A DNA stretch of 64,000 bases from Endomicrobiales bacterium. GTDB taxonomy: Bacteria; Elusimicrobiota; Endomicrobiia; Endomicrobiales; JALOBY01. The position numbers and the translations under genes are program-made. The DNA lies in the NCBI GenBank assembly GCA_963796955.1, contig CAWCNJ010000008.1:500067-564066 (forward strand). The letters run 5' to 3'. Below the pieces are notes generated by a model. That model was not told where the DNA came from. It saw only the letters and a program-made list of their open reading frames with translations, and did not search any database. The first letter of the stretch is position 1, and each line of letters opens with the position of its first letter. Shown here in pieces: positions 28,700 through 38,819 of this stretch.

Positions 28700-30717
28700 T
28701 TACAGCGTATCCTGTGGGTCAACGTCTATCAGCAGCTGGATGCCTGGTGGAAGTTGTCCCGATTCGGCTATTTCTTTTGTTACCGCTACTAGCGATTGTC
28801 GGCTGCCTTTCAGCAGCAGCTGCCAGCGGAAAAATCCCTGCAGCCTGGAACGGGAGGCGGGTGTGGGTCCGAGGATATCGATCCGTTCGTTCAACTTTTT
28901 GGCCTGGACCACAATATGATCATGTATCGCCTGCGTTGTTTCCATAACACGCTCTTCATTCACACCGCGCACAAGAATATTCAAAAGGCTGCAAAAAGGC
29001 GGATACATCAGCTGTTTACGAAATTCCAGCTCTTGACGGTAAAAGTCCAGAAAGTCATGTTTTCTGGCAGCGCGTAAGGCGTAATGCTCGGGATGCCGCG
29101 TCTGGATTATAACCTCGCCGGACAACACGTCACGGCCGGAGCGGCCCGCGACCTGTGTTATCAGCTGGAATGTGCGCTCGGCGGAGCGAAAGTCGGGCAG
29201 GGCAAGGGCGGTGTCGGCATCTATGACACCGACCAGCGTAACGCGCGGAAAATCAAAACCTTTAGCGACCAGCTGAGTGCCGAGAAGAATATCAAATTGT
29301 TCGTTCCTGAAATCGTCGTAGGCCTGCTGGTACACGCCTTTTTTTGAGGCGGTGTCGGCGTCCAGGCGGAAGATACGGGCCTGCGGGAAAAGGCGTTTCA
29401 GCTCTTCTTCCACCTTCTGGGTACCGACGCCGAAAACCGATATATCCCGGCTTTTACAGGCGGGGCAGACGTCCGGATTACCGCGTTTGTGGCCGCAGTA
29501 ATGGCAGCGCAAACCTTCCGGATTTTTATGATAGACCAGAGATATCGAACAATTGGGGCACTGCCAGACATTACCGCAGGCATTGCAAATAATGCTGGGT
29601 GAAAAGCCCCTGCGGTTAAGGAATACGATCGCCTGTTCCCTGCGGGCCAATACTCTGGTCATCGCGGCTGCCAGGGATTGTGAGATCACTTTATAATTTT
29701 TCGGCATTAGCTTAATGTCCAAAATTTTTACTTCTGGGAGCGGGCGGTCGTTTATGCGCGTGTCAAGTTCAAGCAGGGTTAATTTATTATTAGTCGCCGC
29801 GTAATAACTTTCAAGCGCAGGTGTCGCCGAACCCAGCACGACCGCGGCTTTGCACAGGCGCCCAGTTCCAGCGCAACATCCCGGGTATGATACGATGGCT
29901 TCTGCTCCTGCTTATAGGTAGGTTCATGTTCTTCATCGATGATGATCAAACCGGTATCGCGAAAGGGCGCGAACAGGGCGGAACGCGCGCCCAGCATCAC
30001 GCTGATACGCCCTTCCCGCGCGGCCTGCCAGGTAAGATATTTTTCACCGTCGGAGATCCTGCTGTGCCAGACACCGACGACTCCGGGAAAGCGGCTTTGC
30101 ACGATGCCCACGAACTGCGCGGTCAATGAAATTTCGGGTATAAGAAAGATGCAGGAGCGGCCCTGTGCGATGACCCTCTCTATCAGGGCCAGGTAAACCT
30201 CTGTCTTGCCTGAACCGGTGACGCCCCGCAACAGGAACGGCTCGAAACGTCGGGCATCAACAGCGGCGAATATGGTATTCACGGCACTTTTTTGCTGTTC
30301 TTCAAGGACAGGGGCCACCGTGGCAATGGGAAGAGCCGCAACAGGTTTTGATATTTTTTGGATTCTTTTTGGCGGGCGCAATTTAAGGGAAGCGACGGTC
30401 GCGAGTGCTTCCCCCAGGGAACAGAGATAATTATCAGCGATCCAGCCGGCGAGGCTGAAAAGACTCGGCAGAACGAAGGGGCTCTCGTCAATAACGGAGA
30501 TTATATCTTTTGTGCCGCTAACGGTTGATTCATTAATTGTCGAGACAACAAAGCCCGTCATGGTACGGCGTCCGAACGGCACCGAAACACGCACGCCGCG
30601 CATGACTTTGCCGGCAAGTTCCTTCGGTATACTGTAGTGGAATGTTTTATTCAGCGGGACGGGAAGTGCGATCTCGGCGAAAAGGGAAGCAGTAGTCGGC
30701 GCGGCGCGGTCGATCAT
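28700..30717 (-). CDS. priA: Primosomal protein N' (replication restart helicase); split by a 1-bp frameshift near 29862
   Basis: GVTGSGKT and DEEH in the upstream ORF; LGSATP, Cys clusters and QVAGRSGR in the downstream ORF; adding one G gives LGRLCKAAVVLGSATP. Confidence 0.93.
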
Positions 30718-31424
30718 GGATTTTGCGAAAGAAAGGCCATTACCTGTTTAATGTCGGACCAGGTATCTTTTTTCAAATTCGGATTTCTTAACAACGCCGC
30801 AGGATGGTACGTGGGCATCAGTTTAATGCCGCGGTACTCCAGGAACGTTCCGCGGAGCTTCGTTATTCCTTCGTCGATCTTTAGCAGATGATGCACCGCG
30901 GAATTGCCTAAGGCGCATATAACGGCCGGCTTGATAATATCTATCTGTTTTTCCAGGTACGGCAGACAGGCCGCGACTTCTTCGGGTGATGGCGGACGGT
31001 CGTTGCCGCGCTGCTCTACGTTGGTAGGATCCGTTACCGGATGGCACTTGACCACATTGGCAATATAAACATCCTCACGTTTCAAACCCATAGCTTCTAT
31101 GATCTTGTTAAGCAGCTGGCCGGCGCGGCCGACGAAAGGTTCTCCTTGTCTGTCTTCATCGTAACCGGGGCCCTCGCCGACGAACATAAGTTTTGCGTTC
31201 GGGTTCCCCGTACCGAAGACCAATTTAATGCGTGACGTGCCGAGCGGGCATTTGTGACATTCAAGCATAGCCTCTTCCAACGCAGAAAGAGCTTCTTTTT
31301 TTGAGCTGAAAGCCTTTGATCCGGAAGTCGCCTCAAGGCACATCTCTACCTCGCCCCACAGGCCTTCCTCCGCGATCGCCCGTTTAGCAAGGTCAAAGAT
31401 ATCTTGTTTTTTAATGTATGGCAT
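30714..31424 (-). CDS. Uracil-DNA glycosylase family 4
   Basis: CxxC, GEGPG, PFVGRAG, ANVVKC, TYHPA. Confidence 0.93.
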   Translation of the reverse strand: MPYIKKQDIFDLAKRAIAEEGLWGEVEMCLEATSGSKAFSSKKEALSALEEAMLECHKCPLGTSRIKLVFGTGNPNAKLMFVGEGPGYDEDRQGEPFVGRAGQLLNKIIEAMGLKREDVYIANVVKCHPVTDPTNVEQRGNDRPPSPEEVAACLPYLEKQIDIIKPAVICALGNSAVHHLLKIDEGITKLRGTFLEYRGIKLMPTYHPAALLRNPNLKKDTWSDIKQVMAFLSQNP

Positions 31425-32025
31425 CCAGTATCCTTTGGGCGATATACGCTTTGGTGCCGCGAACTTTTGAAGGTTTACCGCGGGGCCCGATGAGCAGGAC
31501 CTCAGACGAATCCTTCCCGATGACACCGGGCTTATTCGCGACTATAAGATCAAGGTTCTTTTCAAGAAGCTTCTTTTTTGCGGCAGCGATAAGATCGCTT
31601 GTTTCAAGGGCGAAACCTACCAGTACTTGTCCGGTCTTGCGTCTGCCCATTTCCTTCAATATATCGGGATTAGGGGTCAGCCGGATCACCGGAGCTGAGA
31701 CAGATTTTTTTATCTTTACGCGGCTGAGCGCAACAGGCCGCCAGTCGGCCACGGCAGCGGCGCCTATCAAAACATCGCACTGGGAAAAGTGTTTTTTAAC
31801 CGCGTTGAACATATCCCGGGCCGAGATCACATTCACTATCGTTACGCCTTTCGGCACGGGTTGAGGGACGGGCCCCGAAACGAGTATTACGTTCCAACCG
31901 CGGCCTGCGGCTTCTGCAGCGAGCGCGTATCCCATTTTCCCGCTGGAAGCGTTGGATATATAACGGACGGGGTCAATATATTCACGGGTTGGCCCGGCCG
32001 TGATCAGGCACGTAAAACGCGGCAT
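31411..32025 (-). CDS. coaB: Phosphopantothenate--cysteine ligase (stand-alone CoaB)
   Basis: TAGPTREYIDPVRYISNASSGKMG, AAVAD, GFALET. Confidence 0.93.
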   Translation of the reverse strand: MPRFTCLITAGPTREYIDPVRYISNASSGKMGYALAAEAAGRGWNVILVSGPVPQPVPKGVTIVNVISARDMFNAVKKHFSQCDVLIGAAAVADWRPVALSRVKIKKSVSAPVIRLTPNPDILKEMGRRKTGQVLVGFALETSDLIAAAKKKLLEKNLDLIVANKPGVIGKDSSEVLLIGPRGKPSKVRGTKAYIAQRILDAIH

Positions 32026-32028
32026 GAA

Positions 32029-32595
32029 TTAAAACTGTACCTGCGGGTTCACCTTGGCTTTTTCTTCAGCCTTGTAGTACACATCCTTACGGCCGAAATT
32101 GAATATGCCGGCAATAATATTGCCGGGGAACCGGCGGGTAGCGATGTTATAGCCCTGCACCGTTTCGTTGTAACGATTGCGGGCCACCGCAATGCGGTTT
32201 TCAGTGCCGGCAAGTTCGTCCTGCAGCTGGCGAAAATTCGCATCGGCTTTAAGCTGCGGATAATTCTCGGCGATCGCCAAAAGCCGTGAGAGCGCGCCGT
32301 CCACCTGCTGGTTGGCCTTTATTTTTTCGTCCACAGAACGGGCCCCTGCAAGCTGCGCCCGTGCGGCCGCCACATCTTCAAATATGCCCTTTTCATGCTT
32401 AGCGTACCCTTTGACCGTATTCACCAGGTTCGGGATAAGATCGCCTCTGCGCTGCAGCTGGTTCTCTACTTCCGACCAGCGGCCGGTGATCTGTTCATTA
32501 AGGGTAACAAGATTGTTATACTGGCCCAGAATAACACCGCCAGCCACCACCACTATCGCGATAAGCACGCCCAGCACGACTAACAGTTTTTTCAT
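32029..32595 (-). CDS. lemA: LemA family protein
   Basis: LQRRGDLIPNLV, ENYPQLKA, TENRIAVAR..YN, FP. Confidence 0.95.
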   Translation of the reverse strand: MKKLLVVLGVLIAIVVVAGGVILGQYNNLVTLNEQITGRWSEVENQLQRRGDLIPNLVNTVKGYAKHEKGIFEDVAAARAQLAGARSVDEKIKANQQVDGALSRLLAIAENYPQLKADANFRQLQDELAGTENRIAVARNRYNETVQGYNIATRRFPGNIIAGIFNFGRKDVYYKAEEKAKVNPQVQF

Positions 32596-32606
32596 GATAA
32601 AACCCC

Positions 32607-33314
32607 TTATTCGAAGCTGTCTACAACCGTGATGACTTTTTCTATGTCCGACAGATATTTGGCCAAAAGATCGCTCAGCTCTACCGCGTCAAGGTCTAAC
32701 TGCCCTCTGCGGACTTTCATAGCCTGTTCGAAAGTATCAACGCTAATCCCAAACCGCACAGCAGCATGTTTTAGCGACTCCTGCTTATCGCCCGGGACCG
32801 GTTCCCCGACGATCTTCAGCGCGTAGCGAAATAGCACCATAAAAGAAGAAACGGAGCCTACCAAAAGAGAGCGGAGTCCCTGTTTATTCCCCAGTGCCAT
32901 GAGATACGATTGGCGAAGCCGTAACAATTTGCTGCGCAGTTCATATTCGCACTCGTGCCGTAAATGCCAATCGCGTATTTCCATGCCCGCGAACGGGTCT
33001 TCTCCCACCAGCACCCGGTGATTATTTTTCATATCCAGGAACTCTATCGGAAAAACGTCGGAGGAATTCCGGAATTCCTCTGTTGTGAATATCATCGGCG
33101 GATGGTTGCCGATCTTAACCCACTTTTCCATAAGAGCGCTGACGGCGTCCAGATAGCCTATGGACACCTTGTCCGTAATGATCAATATATTGTAATCGGC
33201 TCCCGCGCCTTCCGCTTCGTTACTGGCCCTGGAGCCGAACAGCACGACAGACTTCAAATTTGTGCCCGATACTTTATTAAGCCCCTCAATAAATTTTGTT
33301 AGAACTGATGCCAT
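32607..33314 (-). CDS. Nucleotidyltransferase-fold protein
   Basis: VVLFGS..ADYNILI, DVFPIEF..GEDP. Confidence 0.75.
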   Translation of the reverse strand: MASVLTKFIEGLNKVSGTNLKSVVLFGSRASNEAEGAGADYNILIITDKVSIGYLDAVSALMEKWVKIGNHPPMIFTTEEFRNSSDVFPIEFLDMKNNHRVLVGEDPFAGMEIRDWHLRHECEYELRSKLLRLRQSYLMALGNKQGLRSLLVGSVSSFMVLFRYALKIVGEPVPGDKQESLKHAAVRFGISVDTFEQAMKVRRGQLDLDAVELSDLLAKYLSDIEKVITVVDSFE

Positions 33315-33373
33315 ATACGCCTCTTTTATTCAGTATTTGCGTTTTCTAAACGCTATACGCTCAACGCTGCCGA

Positions 33374-34117
33374 TTACCAGCCGCGCGAAGATCCGCCCCC
33401 GCCACCGCCGCCGCCGCCGAACCCGCCGAACCCTCCACCGCCGCCGAAACCGCCCCCGAATCCGCCGCCCATATAGCCGCCCGGGCCGCCCCGTCCGCCG
33501 CGTTTACGGCTGAGCCGTGACAGGAGCGGCACAAAAACAAAGAAGAATACCAACAGGACGATCCTCAATATATTCTCGCTATCGTTCGGCTTTTGCATGT
33601 TTTTAGTATATTTTCCATCCAGAGTAACTTTAGCATCCTGCGCTATCACCTGGGCGACAGCAAGCGTCCCCATCATGACACCCGAATTGTAATCATTCTG
33701 TTTGTAATACGGCACCACATATTCATCCATTATGCGACCGGCTTTGCCGTCCGGTATTATCCCTTCAAGACCGTAGCCTACTTCGATGCGCACTTTGTGA
33801 TCGTTCACTGAGGTCAGGAACAAAATGCCGTTGTCCTTCCCTTTTTTTCCGGGTTTCCAGGCGGTGAACAGCCGGTTGGCATACCCTTCGACGGAGTCTC
33901 CGCCGAGATCTTTTACGGTGACCACGGCTATTTCTGCGGTAGTCTTCTGGTCTACTTCGGCGATCAGATCGGAAAGCTGTTGTTTAGTTTTTTCATCCAG
34001 TACACCCGCGAAGTCCGAAACGACACCGGCAGGTTGAGGCAGGTTTTCATCGGCGACAACAGCGGAGGGATACACACAGGAGAACAGAAAAAGGATCGCA
34101 ACAAGTGATTTTTTCAT
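33374..34117 (-). CDS. TPM (YgcG) domain protein with Gly-rich tail
   Basis: VSDFAGVL, GKDNGIL, RIEVGYGLEG, GGG..SSRGW. Confidence 0.92.
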   Translation of the reverse strand: MKKSLVAILFLFSCVYPSAVVADENLPQPAGVVSDFAGVLDEKTKQQLSDLIAEVDQKTTAEIAVVTVKDLGGDSVEGYANRLFTAWKPGKKGKDNGILFLTSVNDHKVRIEVGYGLEGIIPDGKAGRIMDEYVVPYYKQNDYNSGVMMGTLAVAQVIAQDAKVTLDGKYTKNMQKPNDSENILRIVLLVFFFVFVPLLSRLSRKRGGRGGPGGYMGGGFGGGFGGGGGFGGFGGGGGGGGGSSRGW

Positions 34118-34660
34118 TTAATAAGTTCAGTTGTTTTTGCCACGATCTCCGCCAGGTCAGCAAGACGGCCGGTGCCGACGCTGCCGCAGGCAAGCTCGCC
34201 ATGAGCGGGAGCAACAAATTCATAACCGTACTCTTTAAGTTTTTTAAACATTAGCTACGGTCGCCGGATGGCCCCACATACGGTCATTCATGGCCGGACA
34301 GATCAACACCGGCGAGGCAGCCGCAAGAATGACGCTTGAAAGCAGATCGTCGGCCCTGCCTGAGGCCAGGCGCGCGATCAGATCTGCGGATGCAGGGGCG
34401 ACGACTATAATGTCGGCTTTGTCGGAGAGAGATATATGCTCAATATCCCAATCGATCGTATCGAACATTTCCTGGTAGACGGTGGAGCAGGAAACGGTTT
34501 GAAGGGTGAGGGCGGTAACGAAACGCGCGCCGTTCCGGGTCAGAACGCAGGTAACGCCGGCCTCCTCTTTTTTAAACAGCCGCACCAGGTCCGGAGCTTT
34601 GTACGCTGCTATGCTTCCGGTAACTCCCAGGACTATGTTCTTGTTCTTAAGCGCGGGCAC
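34114..34660 (-). CDS. coaC: Phosphopantothenoylcysteine decarboxylase (stand-alone CoaC); 1-bp frameshift near 34246
   Basis: GVTGSIAAYK, HI, PASAD, PAMN; shifted frame continues KKLKEYGYEFVAP..LACG..G.GRL to a TGA overlapping the TPM start. Confidence 0.88.
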
Positions 34661-34663
34661 CGG

Positions 34664-34996
34664 TTAATCTTCCCTGGGCAGCTTTACATTGTGTTCTTTA
34701 TGTTCGAACACATGATGGGGCATCGCGAACTCGTCGTTCACCGGCGGCGGAAGGTCTTTGACTTTTTTTACTTTTTCGGCGACTTCTTCCGGCGTTACTT
34801 CGCCGCTGGTAATATCTTCAAGCGCTAATTGAATAAGTTCGGCCGCAGTAAGGCCTTTGCCCTCTTCGGAATGCTGCAAAACTTTCAGCCAGTCCTTCAC
34901 CATCTGCACATACTTAAAACGGCCCTTTGACGATTCCTGCAGTATTTTTTCCAATTGGGGCAGCTCTGTAGAGGCTGGAACGTTATTCTTGGTCAC
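34664..34996 (-). CDS. rpoZ: Probable divergent RNA polymerase omega subunit
   Basis: Sits between gmk and coaC; GRFKYV and LIQLALEDITSGEV resemble omega motifs. Confidence 0.6.
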   Translation of the reverse strand: MTKNNVPASTELPQLEKILQESSKGRFKYVQMVKDWLKVLQHSEEGKGLTAAELIQLALEDITSGEVTPEEVAEKVKKVKDLPPPVNDEFAMPHHVFEHKEHNVKLPRED

Positions 34997-35019
34997 GTGC
35001 GTCTCCTTTTATACAGCTT

Positions 35020-35622
35020 TTAAAAATTCAGGTCTTGTGCGGCCAGACGGCTTATACGGCGGTGTTCCGCGCGAACGATCGATATAAGGTCTGCTGACGC
35101 CTCTGCCAGATCGTCGTTGATTATCAGATAATCGTAGCGTTTAAGCGACTTAAGTTCTTTACAGGCATTCTTCACGCGTAACGCTATGACCTGCCCGGTA
35201 TCCTTGCCGCGGGCTAACAACCTCTTTTTAAGCTCGGCGATAGAAGGGGCCATTATATATATCATCAATGCTTCGGGAAAAAGCTTCTTTATCGCCAGCC
35301 CCCCCTGCACATCAATGTCAAGGACAATATCCGTCCCGTTACGTATAGACGTAATAAGGTGTTTTTTCGGTGTGCCGTAATAATGCCCGTGCACCACAGC
35401 CCATTCAACGAACGCGTTCTGACTGATCATCCGTTTGAAGACGGCTTCCGATATGAAGAAATAGTCCCTGCCGTCAACTTCCCCCGCCCTGGGCGTCCGG
35501 GTGGTACACGACACGGAAAACCGTATGCCGGGCAGGGCTGCGAACAGCGCCGAGCACAACGTGGTCTTACCCGCGCCGGATGGCGCCGAAACAACGATGA
35601 ACAACCCTTTTTTGACGGCCAT
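35020..35622 (-). CDS. gmk: Guanylate kinase
   Basis: SAPSGAGKTT, TTRTPRAGE.DGRDY, YYGTP, DIDVQG. Confidence 0.96.
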   Translation of the reverse strand: MAVKKGLFIVVSAPSGAGKTTLCSALFAALPGIRFSVSCTTRTPRAGEVDGRDYFFISEAVFKRMISQNAFVEWAVVHGHYYGTPKKHLITSIRNGTDIVLDIDVQGGLAIKKLFPEALMIYIMAPSIAELKKRLLARGKDTGQVIALRVKNACKELKSLKRYDYLIINDDLAEASADLISIVRAEHRRISRLAAQDLNF

Positions 35623-35669
35623 ATTCCCTAGTATAATACCAAAATACGAGATATGATGCAAATACAGCA

Positions 35670-35699
35670 AAGGGCTGAAAGCCGTAGCTTTCAGCCCTT
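35670..35699 (-). terminator. Intrinsic terminator after the ferritin-like gene
   Basis: AAGGGCTGAAAGC-CGTA-GCTTTCAGCCCTT perfect 13-bp stem. Confidence 0.75.
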
Positions 35700-35734
35700 C
35701 CCCCAGAAAGTTCCCCCATTGAAACTTGTCTGTA

Positions 35735-36175
35735 TTAAATACCCATCAGCAACGCAAGCTCCGAGACGTGCTCCTGCTCATCGATGATGATGTGCCGAAT
35801 CTCATGCTCTATCGTTTCATAGACGTAGGGCAGATCTTTTTTATTATCCGTCGCCTTTTGATATATCTGTTTGTAGAAATCAATTGCGTGTTTTTCCGAG
35901 CTCATGTTCGTGTCGAATATTTCTTTCCTTTCACGGGCAGGTTTGGTAACGTCCATCGCCATTGAAGGCACGCCGCCCAGGTAATTCCCTACGAGGTTCC
36001 TGAACATATCTTCATGCTTTTTCTCATCACCAGCGATCTCTTTAAGGCGTTCCACTATCTTCTCGGCGTCAGGCCCTTTCACCATTTCAGCATGGCTTAA
36101 GTATTGCACCCGTGCCGCATGTTCAAGCTCAAGACCTTTGTTAAGCATAGTTATTAATTCATCTTGTATTGCCAT
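35735..36175 (-). CDS. Ferritin/bacterioferritin-like diiron protein
   Basis: E..A..QY, DEKKH, E..A..FY, DEQEH. Confidence 0.85.
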   Translation of the reverse strand: MAIQDELITMLNKGLELEHAARVQYLSHAEMVKGPDAEKIVERLKEIAGDEKKHEDMFRNLVGNYLGGVPSMAMDVTKPARERKEIFDTNMSSEKHAIDFYKQIYQKATDNKKDLPYVYETIEHEIRHIIIDEQEHVSELALLMGI

Positions 36176-36303
36176 TGTAATGCTCCTTTAACGCTTGCTC
36201 TTATGGCAATATAGTACACAATCGCAGCGCCGGCTCCAATTGCTGTTTTATCCTTTTTGCTGTCTTTTTTCTACGTGTGAAAGGAAGGTTCGTCGGAAGG
36301 TTA

Positions 36304-36727
36304 TTATTTTTTTGATTTGCGGCCGGCCATGACGACACCCAGCTGTTCTTCTATCTGCGCCATCTCTTCGCGTATCAGCTTGATCTGGTTAGACATCTGT
36401 GCGATATCTTCCCGCATGGGTTTAAGCTGTTCCGTTATCTGTCCCGCAATACCTTCGGTAACGTCTTTGCGTGCGGCGGTAAGGGTGTTCATGTCGTTTA
36501 CCAGGCTGACATAACGGTTTTGGATAACCTCGATCTTATAATTCAGGGCGGCGATAACACTGTTGATATCCGTTGTTTCAGCCTGCGGAACATTGACCTT
36601 TTCCGCGGCAGTAGAGACTTGCACGCTTGGCACGGTATCGGTGGAACCGCCGGCAGCGCCAAGCGGTGCGGGGGCGAGCCGCTGTCAAAGCGAAAATCAA
36701 AATTAGGATCGGATCTTTTCTGGCCAT
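36304..36727 (-). CDS. Secreted coiled-coil hypothetical protein; probable frameshift near 36679
   Basis: Removing one base joins signal peptide MARKDPILILIFALTALAPAPLGA to the 36304-36633 coiled-coil ORF. Confidence 0.55.
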
Positions 36728-37614
36728 AATTTCGCGATATCCTTTGGCGGTCTGGCGGTGTATTCCACGCTTTTGCACGTTGTCGGATGCGTAAATTTTA
36801 TGCGATACGCGTGCAACAACTGGCGCTTTATTACCTCACCGCGCAGAACTATTTTCCCGCCGTAAACTGAATCACCCAGTACCGGGTGCCCGATGTAGGC
36901 AAGATGGCTGCGGATCTGGTGCGTGCGGCCGGTCTTCGGGTGCACTTCAAGCAGCGAATAATTTTTCGAGCTGAAGATAGTCGTAAATTCCGTGACAGCC
37001 TCTTTTTTCGCGATGCCGCTGACAGCGATCTTTTTCCTGTCTATCGGCGATCGGCCAAGGGGCGCCTCGATGTAGCCCAGTCTTTCCTGCACTTCTCCCG
37101 AAACTGCGGCCAGATAGGTTTTGCTGACCACCCGTTTTTCAAACTGTTTGGAGAGGCTGGTTTTAGCCCGGTCATTTTTAGCTATTACTATCACACCGGA
37201 GGTGTCTTTGTCAAGGCGGTGGGCGAGCAACGGCTTCCATTTTTTCCCCGCGTAACCGGCGAGGCCGTTCAGCAGTGTGCCGTCCTGGTGGCCGCACGCG
37301 GGATGCACAACAACGCCCGGCGCCTTGTTGACGACCAGGATGTCGGCGTCCTCATGAATGATGTCCAGCTTCATTTTTTCAGCCGTTATACCGCTGACCG
37401 GGGCGACGATCTCAATAACGATCTCGTCATTTACTTTAACACTGTCGCTGGGCTGCGCCACCATGCCGCGAGAAGTAACAAAACCTTCTTTTATCAGGCG
37501 GTGAAAAAAGCTGCGCGAATACCCCGCCACCTGTTCGGCAAGAAAGGTATCCAGACGTTCGGCCTTTTTATCGGCAATGAGCGTTATTATTGTCGAGTCT
37601 TTTGCTTTTTCCAT
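36703..37614 (-). CDS. rluD: RluA-family 23S rRNA pseudouridine synthase (RluD-like, with S4 domain)
   Basis: RLD..L S4 domain, NKAPGVVVHP, HRLDKDTSG, GRTHQIR. Confidence 0.88.
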   Translation of the reverse strand: MEKAKDSTIITLIADKKAERLDTFLAEQVAGYSRSFFHRLIKEGFVTSRGMVAQPSDSVKVNDEIVIEIVAPVSGITAEKMKLDIIHEDADILVVNKAPGVVVHPACGHQDGTLLNGLAGYAGKKWKPLLAHRLDKDTSGVIVIAKNDRAKTSLSKQFEKRVVSKTYLAAVSGEVQERLGYIEAPLGRSPIDRKKIAVSGIAKKEAVTEFTTIFSSKNYSLLEVHPKTGRTHQIRSHLAYIGHPVLGDSVYGGKIVLRGEVIKRQLLHAYRIKFTHPTTCKSVEYTARPPKDIAKLWPEKIRS

Positions 37615-38362
37615 GGTCTTTTAATCCTAGTATCAATGCTCCAGCTACCAGTGAGAACAACGCTACTACCTGGCTGGGCGAGAGGCCGAACCATACGCCT
37701 CCGCGATCGTCGCTTCTAAGGAACTCCATATTGAACCTGAGCAGGGCGTACAATATAAGGTATGCGCCAAGCGCGAAACCTGTTTTGTGACGGTGCCTGT
37801 TGTAAAAATCCAGAAAGACGAATATGACAAGATTGCCGGCAGCTTCGTACAGTTGCACCGGATGAAGGGCAACGTTCAGCGGAGCAAGGGAGTGTGCATT
37901 CAAATAGGTTACCGCCCAGGGCAGGTTACAGCTTGAACCGTAACAACACCCCGCGAAAAAACAACCTATCCTTCCGAAAACATGCGCCAAAGCCAGCGCC
38001 GGGGCGATAATATCGCCGAAAACCCACACGTTGATCTCGCGGTGTGCCCTTAAATAGAGTAACGCCGCTATTGTTCCCGCGATAAACCCGCCGTAAAAGA
38101 CCAGACCGCCTTCCCATATCTTGAAAATAGCCGCAAGGTTCGCGCTGTAATAGGGCCAGTTCTGGGCGACGTACGCCAGGCGCGCACCAAGCAAACCCGC
38201 GACAATGATATACAGCCCAAGGTCCATTACATTATCTTCGGAAATATTCTCGTGTTTTCCCTGAATAGCAATATAACGCAGCGCCGCGAACAGGCCCAGC
38301 GCGACAAGGACGCCGTAGGTCCTGATCGTAAATGGGCCGAGCTTAAGCAGTACGGGAAACAT
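37568..38362 (-). CDS. lgt: Prolipoprotein diacylglyceryl transferase
   Basis: GARL, GGLVFYGG, GRIGCF.AGCCYG, HPVQLYE. Confidence 0.95.
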   Translation of the reverse strand: MFPVLLKLGPFTIRTYGVLVALGLFAALRYIAIQGKHENISEDNVMDLGLYIIVAGLLGARLAYVAQNWPYYSANLAAIFKIWEGGLVFYGGFIAGTIAALLYLRAHREINVWVFGDIIAPALALAHVFGRIGCFFAGCCYGSSCNLPWAVTYLNAHSLAPLNVALHPVQLYEAAGNLVIFVFLDFYNRHRHKTGFALGAYLILYALLRFNMEFLRSDDRGGVWFGLSPSQVVALFSLVAGALILGLKDHGKSKRLDNNNAHCR

Positions 38363-38819
38363 GATCATCCTTTTCGAACAACGTCGCGATCACTAACAGC
38401 GTGCCGCCGATCGTAATATAGGAATCCGCCAGGTTGAAGGCGGGCCAGTGATAGCCGCGGACGTAAAAGTCCAGAAAATCCGTCACGGCTCCTAGCCACA
38501 GCCTGTCCATAAGATTTCCTATCGCGCCGGATATTATCAGCACGAATGCCGCGTTGACCTGAACGCTGAGCGTGTGGCGTTTTTTTGCGAACCATATAAC
38601 AAGAGCGACCGTTATAACACCCGTTATTACAGCCATGACAACATTATTGTTCTGCAGCATGCTGAAGGCGATACCGGTGTTCCCCAGATGAACGATATTG
38701 AACCCCGGGAAAATGATCACACCGCTGCCCACTTCGAACAAGCTGCGTATACCCATTTTGGTAAGTTGATCGGCGGTGATAAGGGCGGTAATGATCAGGG
38801 CTACAGCGCGGCTCTTCAT
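38343..38819 (-). CDS. lspA: Lipoprotein signal peptidase
   Basis: DQLTK, NTGIAFS, GAIGNLMDR, VTDF, FNLAD. Confidence 0.96.
   Translation of the reverse strand: MKSRAVALIITALITADQLTKMGIRSLFEVGSGVIIFPGFNIVHLGNTGIAFSMLQNNNVVMAVITGVITVALVIWFAKKRHTLSVQVNAAFVLIISGAIGNLMDRLWLGAVTDFLDFYVRGYHWPAFNLADSYITIGGTLLVIATLFEKDDHVSRTA

Noticed and set aside
33374..33500. GC-rich microsatellite-like CCG repeats
   Set aside because: They encode the usual Gly-rich tail of TPM proteins
28700..34660. priA and coaC as true pseudogenes or programmed frameshifts
   Set aside because: Single indels in short runs, no further decay, and the same pattern in five unrelated genes; assembly error is more parsimonious
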